Below, in pieces: positions 1 through 9,399 of a DNA stretch of 64,000 nt. The notes under the pieces were generated by a model. The model was not told where the DNA came from. It made no database searches and worked only from the letters and a program-made list of their open reading frames with translations. The DNA is from a bacterium (lineage in GTDB: Bacteria > UBA8248 > JACPRG01 > G963555815), in contig OZ244653.1 in the NCBI GenBank assembly GCA_965218795.1, forward strand, positions 2,880,001-2,944,000, given 5' to 3'. Each line of letters opens with the position of its first letter. Position 1 is the first letter of the stretch. Both the position numbers and the translations under genes were made by a program.

Positions 1-1
1 G

Positions 2-1027
2 GTCGTAGCTGCGCGTCTCGTCGAAGAGGGCCATCAGGTCAGCAGACCCGATTCGGCCAACCACCCGGGCTTTGACCTGATCGTCGACGGCCGGCCATTT
101 CAAGTGAAGTGCCTGAGCAACCTCGACAGCCTCGCCGACCACTTCGAAAAATATCCCGACATTCCGGTTCTCGCTAACGCCGAACTAGCGACCGGGATCG
201 AGGAAGCCGGTTACGCCTGGAGCGACAAGGTGTTCTTTGTCGAAGGCTACGACTACGAACATATCAATCAGATCATGGAGGCGTCGCTTGATGCAGGCGC
301 AGAACTCGACGATCTCGACATTCCTGCCTTCGCAGTCGCCGTGTCGGCGGCAAAGAACATCCACGCTTGGTGGAAAGGGTCCTTGCCGCTTGCAGATATC
401 CCCTTCGAGGTTGCTGTCGATGGCGCCGTCAAGGGTAGCTTGTCGGCGGCGGGCGGATTTGTCGGCAACACGCTTGGACTTCTGGTCTTTGGGCCGGCCG
501 GCGCCATCGTCTTTAGCGGCGTCGGCGGAGCCGCCGCTCTTTTCGGCTCGGGTCGGGTGCGACAAAAGGTCGATCGTGCCCTGGTCGGCGAATGGCTCGG
601 GCTTGTGGATGCAGACTCCGAGCGGTTTCGGGCATCGCTGAAAAACGCCATGCGGCAAAAGATCGATATCCTCCGTCAAAAGGCCAATCAACTCGACGCA
701 TTCGATAACGAGCATGTTCCATGGCTAAAACTGCGCCTCTTCGATAACGCGCTTACGATCGCAGAATGCATGGCGGACCTGGAAATCGATTCGGTCAAGC
801 GCGATCAGCCGGAGCGTGCAACGGCGTATGTACGCCTTATGAGAGAAGCGAGCGTCCACCCCTGGTCGGTCAATTCCGAGCTTACAGCGCTCATGGACAA
901 TCTCGCCGGAAAGCCGGGCTTGACGGATATTGGGCGCGATCATCTCGATAATGCGATTCGGAAAACCAAGGACTTGGCAACACGAACCCGCACCCGATGG
1001 TTCGAATCGAACAGGTCTTCGGATTGA
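2..1027 (+). CDS. 5'-truncated hypothetical protein with PD-(D/E)xK-like motif and glycine-zipper hydrophobic segment
   Basis: Frame open from base 2: VVAARLVEEGHQVSRPDSANHPGFDLIVDGRPFQVKC; later GGFVGNTLGLLVFGPAGAIVFSGVGGAAALFG. Confidence 0.7.
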   Translation, partial: VVAARLVEEGHQVSRPDSANHPGFDLIVDGRPFQVKCLSNLDSLADHFEKYPDIPVLANAELATGIEEAGYAWSDKVFFVEGYDYEHINQIMEASLDAGAELDDLDIPAFAVAVSAAKNIHAWWKGSLPLADIPFEVAVDGAVKGSLSAAGGFVGNTLGLLVFGPAGAIVFSGVGGAAALFGSGRVRQKVDRALVGEWLGLVDADSERFRASLKNAMRQKIDILRQKANQLDAFDNEHVPWLKLRLFDNALTIAECMADLEIDSVKRDQPERATAYVRLMREASVHPWSVNSELTALMDNLAGKPGLTDIGRDHLDNAIRKTKDLATRTRTRWFESNRSSD

Positions 1028-1062
1028 ACGAAGGCTTTATACGGGCGTTGACCGACCACAGA

Positions 1063-1400
1063 CCTCGCGCAATCTCGATCTCCTGCTTTACACCCGTTCG
1101 GTGATCGCCAATATGGTCCGGGGAGGGGACGGCAAGGGGTGCACCATGTCCCACGAGAAGCTCTATACCTCGAAGACGTTGATCGGCGCCCTGTATCGAA
1201 GCGAGCTGGTGTGCGATCTGGACAGGCTCGTCTAGCGGGATCGAGAAGACCCATGTGGACGGGCGGTTCGAGATCGCGGGCATGTCGAGATCGACGCGGC
1301 GATGGCCGAGCGGGGTCTCAGCGATGCGGGGGAGACTCCGCGCCTCGCCTAGCGCGCAGTGCTCATGACCCGCGCCCACAAGTGCGACATGGACAAGGCG
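1063..1400 (+). pseudogene. Degenerate internal fragment of MOBF (TrwC-like) relaxase
   Basis: SRNLDLLLYTRSVIANMVRGGDGKGCTMSHEKLYTSKTLIGALYRSEL aligns with SRNLDPQLHTHAVLANMVQGGDGKWRTMANEALYRRQKLIGMIYRSEL of the intact relaxase at 40985-44002; also LMTRAHK; stops and frameshifts. Confidence 0.85.
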
Positions 1401-1679
1401 GCGCAGGAGAAGGTTCCAGAGCCGAAATCCATCAGGCACGATCTCAGGCTGTCGCCCACGCTATCATGCGGGCGCCGATCGGTTACGAGAACTGGCGGAC
1501 ACAGCGCTGGTCGACCTGCGTGTAGAGTCGGCACCACGCCATCGGTGAATATCTTTCGGTATTCGAGAGTGTCGCAGACCCGGAAGACAGGATGTCGGAG
1601 GAAAGAGGAGATGGCTCAAAGCGTTCGGCTCAGGTCAAGGCGGGAGTTCACCGGGAAGGGTGCAAATACTCGACCGCCG

Positions 1680-2645
1680 TCAATCGTCGATGGCGGCCTC
1701 CTCGATCAGTTCGGACACTCGCTTTACACAGTTCACGAGCGATCCGACATCTGAGCGCCGGGTGATGTACCACCGGGGGCCGTGAGCAACTTTGTTTCTG
1801 TATCGTTCCAGAAACCGGATTTCCTTGCTCTTAATCGTTATGAAACCCTCGCGTTTCGCAGCTCGTAGCAGCGATCCGAATTTGAACCGCTCTATTTCTC
1901 TTTCTGGACCAGAGCCCATTTTGCCCAGCGAACCCATGTCCAATCCCTCGTCGGTTCGGACAATGTCCAGCAACTGCGGTTGCCTGATGCACAATTGCCG
2001 CGCAAGCAAAGTTTCCAGATGAGAAAATTTTGTAAAGAGCAGAACGCGCACGGGGAGCCTTTGCAGATCTTCGACGTCGATAGTCCCGAGTTTCTCCCCG
2101 GCTAGTTGGACCAACCGAAAGGGCCGTACGTCCGCCGTGAGGAGGTAATCGATCAAAGGGCTGTCCCCATGCAGCCAGTTGTCCGGGCCCAACGGTTCGA
2201 ATACATCTTTCACGAGCAGGTTCTGTTTTGGGTCGTTGTGCTGGACCTCCCCACGAGCTCTATCCAGATCAAGGACGCCAGTTGCGTTTGTTCCGTCTAT
2301 TACCGCCATGTATCTGAGCCGCCGGACTTCCGGATGCGCAATCAGATCTCTAACTTCACGGGACTCTTGGCAGGCAAAGATCGTTTCCTTTTGGCAAACG
2401 GAACTCACCGGGAAGCCCTGCCTGATGATGGTCTCGACCACTTCTGTTGGCGTTCCTCCGCTAGCCGATGGATCCGGCAGCCACGGGTCGACGGCCAAGG
2501 ATGCGGCCGATCCTGTGGTGCCGTCATCTTTGACCCATATCTGCAATGCGCCCGCCGGTATGTAAACCCTGTCTCCCGCGCGTATTTCAACGCCGGTGCT
2601 CCTGTTTTCCGAGTCAGCTTCGCTGCTCTTTTTTTGATCGTTCAT
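1680..2645 (-). CDS. CBS-like domain protein with C-terminal HEPN motif
   Basis: 321 aa; CBS-like segments (MAVIDGTNATGVL, GEKLGTIDVEDLQRLPVR); C-terminal RNKVAH fits Rx4H. Confidence 0.6.
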   Translation of the reverse strand: MNDQKKSSEADSENRSTGVEIRAGDRVYIPAGALQIWVKDDGTTGSAASLAVDPWLPDPSASGGTPTEVVETIIRQGFPVSSVCQKETIFACQESREVRDLIAHPEVRRLRYMAVIDGTNATGVLDLDRARGEVQHNDPKQNLLVKDVFEPLGPDNWLHGDSPLIDYLLTADVRPFRLVQLAGEKLGTIDVEDLQRLPVRVLLFTKFSHLETLLARQLCIRQPQLLDIVRTDEGLDMGSLGKMGSGPEREIERFKFGSLLRAAKREGFITIKSKEIRFLERYRNKVAHGPRWYITRRSDVGSLVNCVKRVSELIEEAAIDD

Positions 2646-2961
2646 TTCCGCTCCGTTGCAGCCGCTTTCCGGTAAATCGTTGCCGCACGCTGTCGCGGTG
2701 AAAAGCTCGATTTTCTCCTATGCGTACCGATGGTTCTCCGTTGTCCTCATGATGAAGGATCTGTCAAGCTTCGGTTCGTCCCAGCAGGTGACGGCCCAGA
2801 AGATACCGGTTTTCCTGCTTGATGTCGTCGCCCGAGAGGGCGATCTCGTACTTTTCCGCAAGCCATTCTTGATAGTGCGGATACTATCTGTCTCGTCGAA
2901 TCCTTCCGTTTCATTCTCACGGTCACCCATGAGTGTTGTCTTATTATGAAATTCCAGACTC

Positions 2962-3294
2962 TTATCGCCTGTTCCGCAAATTGGCGGACGTCTTATCCGG
3001 TGCCTCGTCCGGCAATTCCGGCGCGATCTCGGAGATGTTCCGACTGATTTCCTCGACCTCCTCCTCTCGTCCGGCCCTCTCCATGTCCCTGGCCATGGCC
3101 TGGGCCGCGAACATCGCCGACCGAAGGAGCTGGATCTCGTGCTCCGTGCACGGCCACTCCCTGTGGTCGAGGGCCTCCATCGCAAGCTCGACCACGAGCC
3201 GGTTCGCCGAGATCCCTCGCTCCTCCGCCTCCTTTTCGATCCGATTCCATTGCCCGGGCGTGACCCGAATGTTCTTTTGCAGTGTCCGAACCAT
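2962..3294 (-). CDS. Ribbon-helix-helix DNA-binding protein (copy A)
   Basis: MVRTLQKNIRVTPGQWNRIEKEAEERGISANRLVVELA shows the RHH strand-helix-helix pattern; similar to 16774-17169. Confidence 0.7.
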   Translation of the reverse strand: MVRTLQKNIRVTPGQWNRIEKEAEERGISANRLVVELAMEALDHREWPCTEHEIQLLRSAMFAAQAMARDMERAGREEEVEEISRNISEIAPELPDEAPDKTSANLRNRR

Positions 3295-3961
3295 CAGCTT
3301 TGCCGATCCTTTTGTGAAGACTTCAGTCCATTCCGGTCCCGAAATAACAACAAAAAGTCTGCTCCTTGGCGCCTGACGCACCCGTTCCGGACTGAAAAAG
3401 CTTCCCAACGACCCGGAGGCTGGACTACCAGATTGGTAGCCATTATAGCCCGGCGCATCCCCGCGCGCGACCATTTTGATAGTCGGCGTATGCTCATCAG
3501 ATATCCTGCTCGAACTCCAGGCGCGATGCGCCCTTCGATAAGTATAACAATATCAGATAGATAGCGCCGTATATCCATGGGCTACCATATTGGTAGGACT
3601 TTTTCCGGCATCAGGGAGGCACCTTAAGTCGTCGATTGCGCACAGGACTGCAGGACAAGCGCGCGCAGGGAGCACAGGGCACCCCAGGTGCGTTAGGTGT
3701 GAGAGTAAAAGCGCCGACCGGCGTCCGACAGACCAAAATGCGAGGAACGAGCGAAGAGGGGATCTCCGCGGGCGCGGGACGCGCGTGGGAGCCGCCGCGG
3801 CGATTGAGCGGGCGGCCGTGCGGAGCACGGTGCATGGAGCAGTGCGGGACGGAGTCAGCAGTGGGGTTCGCACCGGTGCGGTGCGAAGTGCAGCGGGACG
3901 TGAAGGAAGGAAGAACGGGCCGCACCGCCGGGTGGCGATGCGACCCGCGAGGTCGCTCGGA

Positions 3962-4885
3962 TCAGGCGGCAACGCACTGGACCGGGATACCGAGCTTGCG
4001 CGCCTTGTCGACCAGATTGTCCGTGATGCCCGAACCCGGGAACGCGATGACGCCCTTGGGGAGGAGATCGAGCAGCTCGTCATTGCGCCGGAAGGGAGCG
4101 GCGCGTCCGTGTGCGTCCCAGTCGGGCTTGCAGACGATCTGATGCACGCCGTTGCGGTCCGCCCACTTGGCCGCGATGCGCTCGACGCCGGGGCCGCCGC
4201 CGTGGACCAGGACCACATCGTCGTACTTGGCCTTGAGCCTCTCCAGATGCCGGATGACCGTACCGGCGTCGGTGGCCTGCTTGCCGCCTGCCACCGCCAC
4301 GAGCGTTCCCTGTGGCAGGAGCGCCTTGTTCTCCCGGTCCCTGCGGGCACGCTGGAAGTCGCGGGCGTCGATCATGGCCGAAGTGAGCTTGCCGGTCTGG
4401 CTGGTGTGGGACCCGCGCCGGGGCCGCCAGACATCGCCGGTCTCGATGCGGTAGGCCTCGGCCGCTGCATCTCTGAGCTGCTCGAAGGCGTCCCGCCGGT
4501 CCGTGAGGTTCTTGGTCCGGTCGGTGACGAGTTCGAGCTCTCGGGACCGGATCTCGGAGCCGTCCTGCTCTCGCTGGAGGTCGCGCATGTCGGGGACGAG
4601 CCTGTCGGCCGCGCGGTCGAGGCGCTGGGTCTGCGCGTCGAGCATGTTGACGAAGCCCCAGAGCAGGCTCTCGCGCTCGTCGGCGAGCTGCGTTCCGTCG
4701 GGCGCGACGCCGTGTGCCATGATGCGGAAGGCTTCCGTGACGGCGGAGAGGGCGTTTTCCGGGTCCCAGAGCTCCCGGTTGTCGAATTCGTCTTGCTCCG
4801 GGGTTGCTCCGAAGAGAGCCGCCTGGTCGCAGACGGTGGCGGTGACGGACTGCGCTTGCGCTTGGATGTTGTCGATATCGTTCAT
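3962..4885 (-). CDS. DUF2493 (YspA/SLOG-like) domain protein, copy A
   Basis: 307 aa; VAVAGG, VLVHGGGPGVERIAAKWA, AAPFRRNDELL, IAFPGSGITDNLVDKARKLGIPV. Confidence 0.85.
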   Translation of the reverse strand: MNDIDNIQAQAQSVTATVCDQAALFGATPEQDEFDNRELWDPENALSAVTEAFRIMAHGVAPDGTQLADERESLLWGFVNMLDAQTQRLDRAADRLVPDMRDLQREQDGSEIRSRELELVTDRTKNLTDRRDAFEQLRDAAAEAYRIETGDVWRPRRGSHTSQTGKLTSAMIDARDFQRARRDRENKALLPQGTLVAVAGGKQATDAGTVIRHLERLKAKYDDVVLVHGGGPGVERIAAKWADRNGVHQIVCKPDWDAHGRAAPFRRNDELLDLLPKGVIAFPGSGITDNLVDKARKLGIPVQCVAA

Positions 4886-5533
4886 GATGCTCTCCTTATG
4901 GATTGAGTGTAGAGAACCGTTACGGTTCGTTGTGCGGAGAGAGTCTCCGAACGTGATGGTTGAGTGGCCCACGCGCACGCAGCAAAGCCACCGTGGCCGC
5001 AAGGCCTGGCGCGGCGAGTGGCGCGAGTGGTGCGGGCGCACAAGCGACCGCAGGGAGCGCGGAGCCTCGGTCGCGTTTCTCGCCGCGCCTAGGCGCTTCA
5101 GCGCCGTAGCCTTGCGAGCCAAGGCCGGAACGGAGCGTAGCGGAGAGTAGGACCCCTTAGGGGTTGGCGCAGCGAGCACGTGTGGGACAATGGGCCATCA
5201 CGTCGAGAGGGATATTGTTAGCGATTGGCACGGACCCCCTGGGCGGTTCCGGGATTGAGACCCGGGTCTCGGGCGCCGGCCCGGCAAGCGGAGATTGCAG
5301 CGGATAGCCCGGTCCGAAGGGATCGCCGGCATACTGCATGGCCCGTCACTGCAACGGACGCGTATCGACGAGTCGCTCCGCAACCTCGCCGACGCGATTG
5401 CCATCGTGGTAGACCCTCGACTCGTACGGGCGATGCTCCTCAAGGTAACGGTTTGCATTTCGGTTCTCCTTCCGTGTTGCCGATGCCCGGGGCCCTCTCT
5501 CTCCCTCCTCGCGGCGTTCGCCCCTCTCCCGCT

Positions 5534-5849
5534 TCACTCTCCCCTCCGTTCCGCCAGAACGGAGGCCGCCCATGCCGCGGCGCGGGCGAGGACCTGCCCA
5601 TGGCAGGCCAGCGGCTTGCCGTGAAGGGCGGCGAGTTCGTCGAGCCCGACCTCGGCGGCGCGAATGCGGCGCCAGAGATCGGCGCGATAGCGCGCGATCA
5701 CTTCATCGCGCGGTCCGTTCGGACCGATGCGGAACCGGTTTCCCCCATTGAGAGCGGTGGTCGATCCGCACGGTCCCGCCGTGCTCCGCCTTGCCGTCGA
5801 GCGCCGCCCGCAGGGCGGGCGCATGCCTGAGATTGACGATGTGCGCCAC
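5534..5849 (-). pseudogene. DUF4326 family protein, frameshifted, with internal deletion (copy A)
   Basis: SQWG/NRFRIGPNGPRDEVIARYR...LHGKPLAC-HGQVL; frameshift at gggggaaacc; 21-bp deletion removes WCAPLPC. Confidence 0.75.
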
Positions 5850-5873
5850 GCTCCCTTTCTCCTTTGGATCCGT

Positions 5874-6905
5874 TCACCCCTCCCCCGCTCTTCCCTCCCT
5901 CTCTCCGACCCGCTGCGGCGCGGGGAACAGGGCGGCGAGCCGAAGGGCCAGGGCCCGGGGTCCGAGAGTGACCAGATCGTCGTTGAAGTCGCCGTATTCG
6001 GAGACGATGACGTGGGCGGCGACGCCCGCCCGCGCGCAGCGCCGGGCGAGGCGTTGGGCGGCCCGTTCGCCCTCGGAATCGTTGTCGCGGGCGATGACGA
6101 GGCGCGCGACGCCGCCAGGCGGAGCGAACGCGCCGAGGCTTCCGGCCGAGAGCGCGGCGGCCGAAATGACCCCGGGCGCCGCGGTGACGATCGACAGAAC
6201 GGTCTCGATGCCTTCGCCGACGAGCAGCGAAGCGCCGTCGGCGGGCCTGCCGAAGCGCACGGCGCGTCCGTGGATGCGGCCGAGCGCCTTGCGCGGGGCC
6301 GCGACGTCCGCCTTGGCGGGCAAGCGCGGATCGAGCCAGGTGCGCTGCACGCCGTGGATGGCGCCGTCGTCGCCGGTCACGGCGGCGACCAGCGCCGGAA
6401 AACGGCGCAGGGAAGAGCCTTCGCGATAGCGAAGCTCGGGATGAAAGCGCAATGCCGGGAACCGGCAGCGCGCGAGCCCGCGGGCGCGGAGATAGGCCTC
6501 GGCATGGGTGCCGCCGATGGCGAGGCAACGCCGCCAGAGGCGGCGGGCCGCTTCTGTGGCGTCGTAGCTCTCGCCTGACGCCGGCGGAGCCTGCAGGGCG
6601 AGGAAGGCGCGGGCCTCGGCGAGCGCCGCGCGCAGCGTCGGCGCGCCAGAGCGATGCCGGACGAGATCGAGCAGGTCGCCGTGCTCTCCGGTGGCCGCGT
6701 CGGTCCACTTCCCGGGGACGCCGGGACCGTGCAGGCGGACGAAGAGCGAACGCCCGCGAGCGCCTTCGAGATCGCCGGCGACCCAGTACCGGCCCTGCTT
6801 GCGGCCCTGGGGCAGGTAACGCCGGCACACGGCCTCGGCGCTCGCGCCGAGCGCGGCGGCGATGTCGGCGGCGGGAGATGCGGAACGGGACGATGGGGGC
6901 GGCAT
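5874..6905 (-). CDS. Toprim-domain primase-like protein (plasmid/IME type), copy A
   Basis: GKWTDAATGEHGDLLDL, AEAYLRARGL, GVQRTWL, LLVGEGIETVLS, IARDNDSEG, GDFNDDL. Confidence 0.85.
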   Translation of the reverse strand: MPPPSSRSASPAADIAAALGASAEAVCRRYLPQGRKQGRYWVAGDLEGARGRSLFVRLHGPGVPGKWTDAATGEHGDLLDLVRHRSGAPTLRAALAEARAFLALQAPPASGESYDATEAARRLWRRCLAIGGTHAEAYLRARGLARCRFPALRFHPELRYREGSSLRRFPALVAAVTGDDGAIHGVQRTWLDPRLPAKADVAAPRKALGRIHGRAVRFGRPADGASLLVGEGIETVLSIVTAAPGVISAAALSAGSLGAFAPPGGVARLVIARDNDSEGERAAQRLARRCARAGVAAHVIVSEYGDFNDDLVTLGPRALALRLAALFPAPQRVGEREGRAGEG

Positions 6906-7037
6906 GACGGGCCTCCTCTGGATGGACGGGGAACGCCCGATACCGGCCGGCCTCCGCCTCCGGCCGGCGCCGGAGGACGAAGCGCCGCGCGTAGCGCTGG
7001 CGCGAGGCCCGAACGGGCGCTGTCTCGGAACAGGCGG

Positions 7038-7072
7038 CAAAAAGAAAGGGCCGACGCGCGAAGCGCCGGCCC
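7038..7072 (-). terminator. Intrinsic terminator after ssb (copy A)
   Basis: GC stem gggccggcgc-ttcg-cgcgtcggccc followed by T tract on the minus strand. Confidence 0.65.
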
Positions 7073-7100
7073 GGGTAGAGGGAGGAAACGGAATGGCCGA

Positions 7101-7532
7101 TCAGAACGGGATCTCGTCCACCGCCGCATCGGCGGACGGCATCGCCGGGTCCGCCCCCGACACCGGCGCGCCGTTGCCGTTGGGCTTGTCGAGGAACTGC
7201 ACGCGCCCGCCCGGAACCAGCAGGATCTCGGTCGAGAACCGGTCGGAGTCCTCGTCGTCCTTCTTCCAGCGCCGGGTCTGCAGCTTGCCCGCCACATAGA
7301 CCAGCCGGCCCTTCGTCGCGTGCTTTTCGAACATGTCCACCAGCCCGGGCTGGAAGGTCACGACCCGGTGCCACTCGGTCTTGTCGACCCGGTCTCCGGT
7401 CTGCTTGTCGATGTAGCCCTCGTCGGTGGCGATCGACAGGTTGGCCACGCGTCCTCCGGTGGCGAGGTGGTTGACGGTGACGTCGGCGCCGAGGCGTCCG
7501 ATCAGTTCTGCGCGATTGAGTCCGAAGGCCAT
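7101..7532 (-). CDS. ssb: Single-stranded DNA-binding protein
   Basis: LNRAELIGRLGAD, KTEWHRVV, KGRLVYVAGKLQTRRW, acidic tail DEIPF. Confidence 0.95.
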   Translation of the reverse strand: MAFGLNRAELIGRLGADVTVNHLATGGRVANLSIATDEGYIDKQTGDRVDKTEWHRVVTFQPGLVDMFEKHATKGRLVYVAGKLQTRRWKKDDEDSDRFSTEILLVPGGRVQFLDKPNGNGAPVSGADPAMPSADAAVDEIPF

Positions 7533-7626
7533 GATCATTCTCCTTCTATGTGAGGGTGTGGATGACAACGGGTGATGGGAGCGACCGGGACCGGGGTCCT
7601 CTCTCCCCGGCCCCCTTCGGTTCACC

Positions 7627-7768
7627 CTATGAAAGCTCCTCTCCTTCGCCGGTGTCGGCATGGACCGCTTCGGTGAGGATCCTGCGGATGGTGTGCGAGT
7701 CGAGGCCGATCTCGGCGAGCAGTTCGTCATGGGTCGGGATGTCGGGTTCGAAGTCACGGTCGAGCATG
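7627..7768 (-). CDS. Small acidic hypothetical protein
   Basis: MLDRDFEPDIPTHDELLAEIGLDSHTIRRILTEAV, preceded by AGGAGG. Confidence 0.5.
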
Positions 7769-8293
7769 GGCTGGCCTCCTGTTCCGGGTTGCCGTTCCCG
7801 GCATCGGGACCGGGAGACCGTCTCCCTCTTCCCCGCCGGGCGTTCGCCCGGCTCTTGCTTCCCTCTGGCTCTACGGCGAAAAGGCGCTCTGAGACCGTGC
7901 GCGGCCTTCGTTCTCGCCCGGTTGTCGTCGAACACGGACCCGGTCGGGCTTGCGTGCGGTGCGAGTTTCGAGTCGGATAAGGCGCATGGACGACGAGGGA
8001 TTCATCAAACGGCGCAGGTTTTGGCTTCTGGTCTTCTGTGGCTGCCCGCCGGAGTGGTCGCGACCGCCGCTCTCCGCTTCGCGCCGGAGGCGGGACCGGA
8101 GGTGGAGCCCGGGATGTGGCTGTCGATGCTGCTGATGTCGACGGCGTCGCTGATGGCGGGACTGCTTGGCCCAATCGTCATCGCCGACTACGCGATGGTC
8201 TTGAGCCTTCCGGTGTGGATCGCGTGGTGGTGGCGAGCGCGGCGGGGTTGAGGCCGGATGACGTCGGGCCGGCTGCGCAGCAATGCAGTCGGC

Positions 8294-8476
8294 TCACTGC
8301 ACGGTCTTGCTATCCGGTGCGCCGTTCTCGGCGCGCATGGACCGTGCGGCCAGGGTGGTGGGAATGTAGCCGCTCATGTCGTGGATAACGATTCTGATCT
8401 GCTGTAGATCGTTGTCGAGGTCGTAGGCCGGGGAGAAGGCGTAGTAGGGGTTCTTCGGCAGGGTGTGCGCGGTCAT
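8294..8476 (-). CDS. Small hypothetical protein, possibly truncated
   Basis: MTAHTLPKNPYYAFSPAYDL with GGAGG RBS. Confidence 0.4.
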   Translation of the reverse strand: MTAHTLPKNPYYAFSPAYDLDNDLQQIRIVIHDMSGYIPTTLAARSMRAENGAPDSKTVQ

Positions 8477-8589
8477 GTGCGGGCCTCCCTTGAGGGGTCG
8501 ACGGTGCGCCGGGGGGCGCGGGTGATAGTCCCCCCGCTGGCGGGCGGCAGGTCGGCAGTACGTACCCCCGGCGAGCCGGCGCATAGAGG

Positions 8590-9399
8590 TCACTGCCCCG
8601 TAAAAGACGCCATCGGTGACGTATCCGAAATAATCTCCACCTGTTGGTGGGACAGCCGCGCGAAGGCCAGACACATGGCCACCTCCTCCCAGCTGTCCCA
8701 GGTCCCGTGGTCCTCGCCCGTGGCGACCTCGATCACGGTGTAGCGAGGCGGAAGGATCGGAAGGCCGCGATGTTCGGCCGAGCGCACCCAGGACCGGTGC
8801 GCGCACGGCACGCACCGCGCCGCTCCCTGCGAGGGCTCGCCGCAGTCAGTGCAACGCCACCCCACGCGCCTGTGGGCGTAGCGCCTTCGGCTGGCCGCGT
8901 TCTTCCGTGGATGGCGCCCGACCTCGAGAGCCGCGCAGGGACCGCAGCGCGAGGCGTGGTCAAGGATATGTCTTCCGCATCGACCGCACATACCCTCGGC
9001 CCGCCGGGCGGCATACAGCTCCCGTTCGGACGCTTGCCGGGCGTCACGGCAAGACTGGCAGGTCGTACCGCCCTGGACGGGTGCATGACGGCCACAGCGC
9101 GTGCACAGGCCGGCGTCCCGGTATGTCCTGAGACGCTTCCTGCTTCTCTCCCGCCCGATCCTTCGGCGGTCCTGCGGATCCCGGCCGCCGTAGAGCCTGC
9201 CCTCGGCCTTGCCCCTGGCGTACCGGGCGCGTTCGGCCTTGCGCTTCTTCTCGCCGCAGGCATGGCACAGGCTGCGGCCGGGAGGAAGGGACTCTCTTCC
9301 GCATTTGGGGCACAGGCCCTGGGCGATACGCTCCTTGGTGAGCCGGCGGTAGCGTTCCCGGTCTTGCTCCCGGGCCTTGCCGGGATCCTTGAAGGGCAC
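8590..9399 (-). CDS. Arg-rich protein with four tandem C4 zinc-finger-like repeats
   Basis: GLCPKCG..CHAC, GLCTRCG..CQSC, GMCGRCG..CGPC, RCTDCG..CVPC; GGAGG upstream of GTG. Confidence 0.75.
   Translation of the reverse strand: MPFKDPGKAREQDRERYRRLTKERIAQGLCPKCGRESLPPGRSLCHACGEKKRKAERARYARGKAEGRLYGGRDPQDRRRIGRERSRKRLRTYRDAGLCTRCGRHAPVQGGTTCQSCRDARQASERELYAARRAEGMCGRCGRHILDHASRCGPCAALEVGRHPRKNAASRRRYAHRRVGWRCTDCGEPSQGAARCVPCAHRSWVRSAEHRGLPILPPRYTVIEVATGEDHGTWDSWEEVAMCLAFARLSHQQVEIISDTSPMASFTGQ

Larger units (their letters stand above)
3631..7336 (-). repeat. Copy A of ~3.7-kb inverted, diverged duplication (partner 12662-16371)
   Basis: Reverse complement matches 12662-16371 across the ssb 3' half, primase, DUF4326, DUF2493 and spacers, with scattered substitutions and indels. 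Confidence 0.95.

Noticed and set aside
5698-7374. Long alternative-frame ORFs (558 aa here; 547 and 523 aa at 12.7-14.3 kb; many at 41-52 kb)
   Set aside because: Arg/Pro/Ala-rich shadow ORFs overlapping genes with clear motifs, as expected in high-GC DNA.
7987-8251. Small membrane protein gene
   Set aside because: Hydrophobic segments fall in two frames and no family is recognisable; possibly a pseudogene, unsupported.
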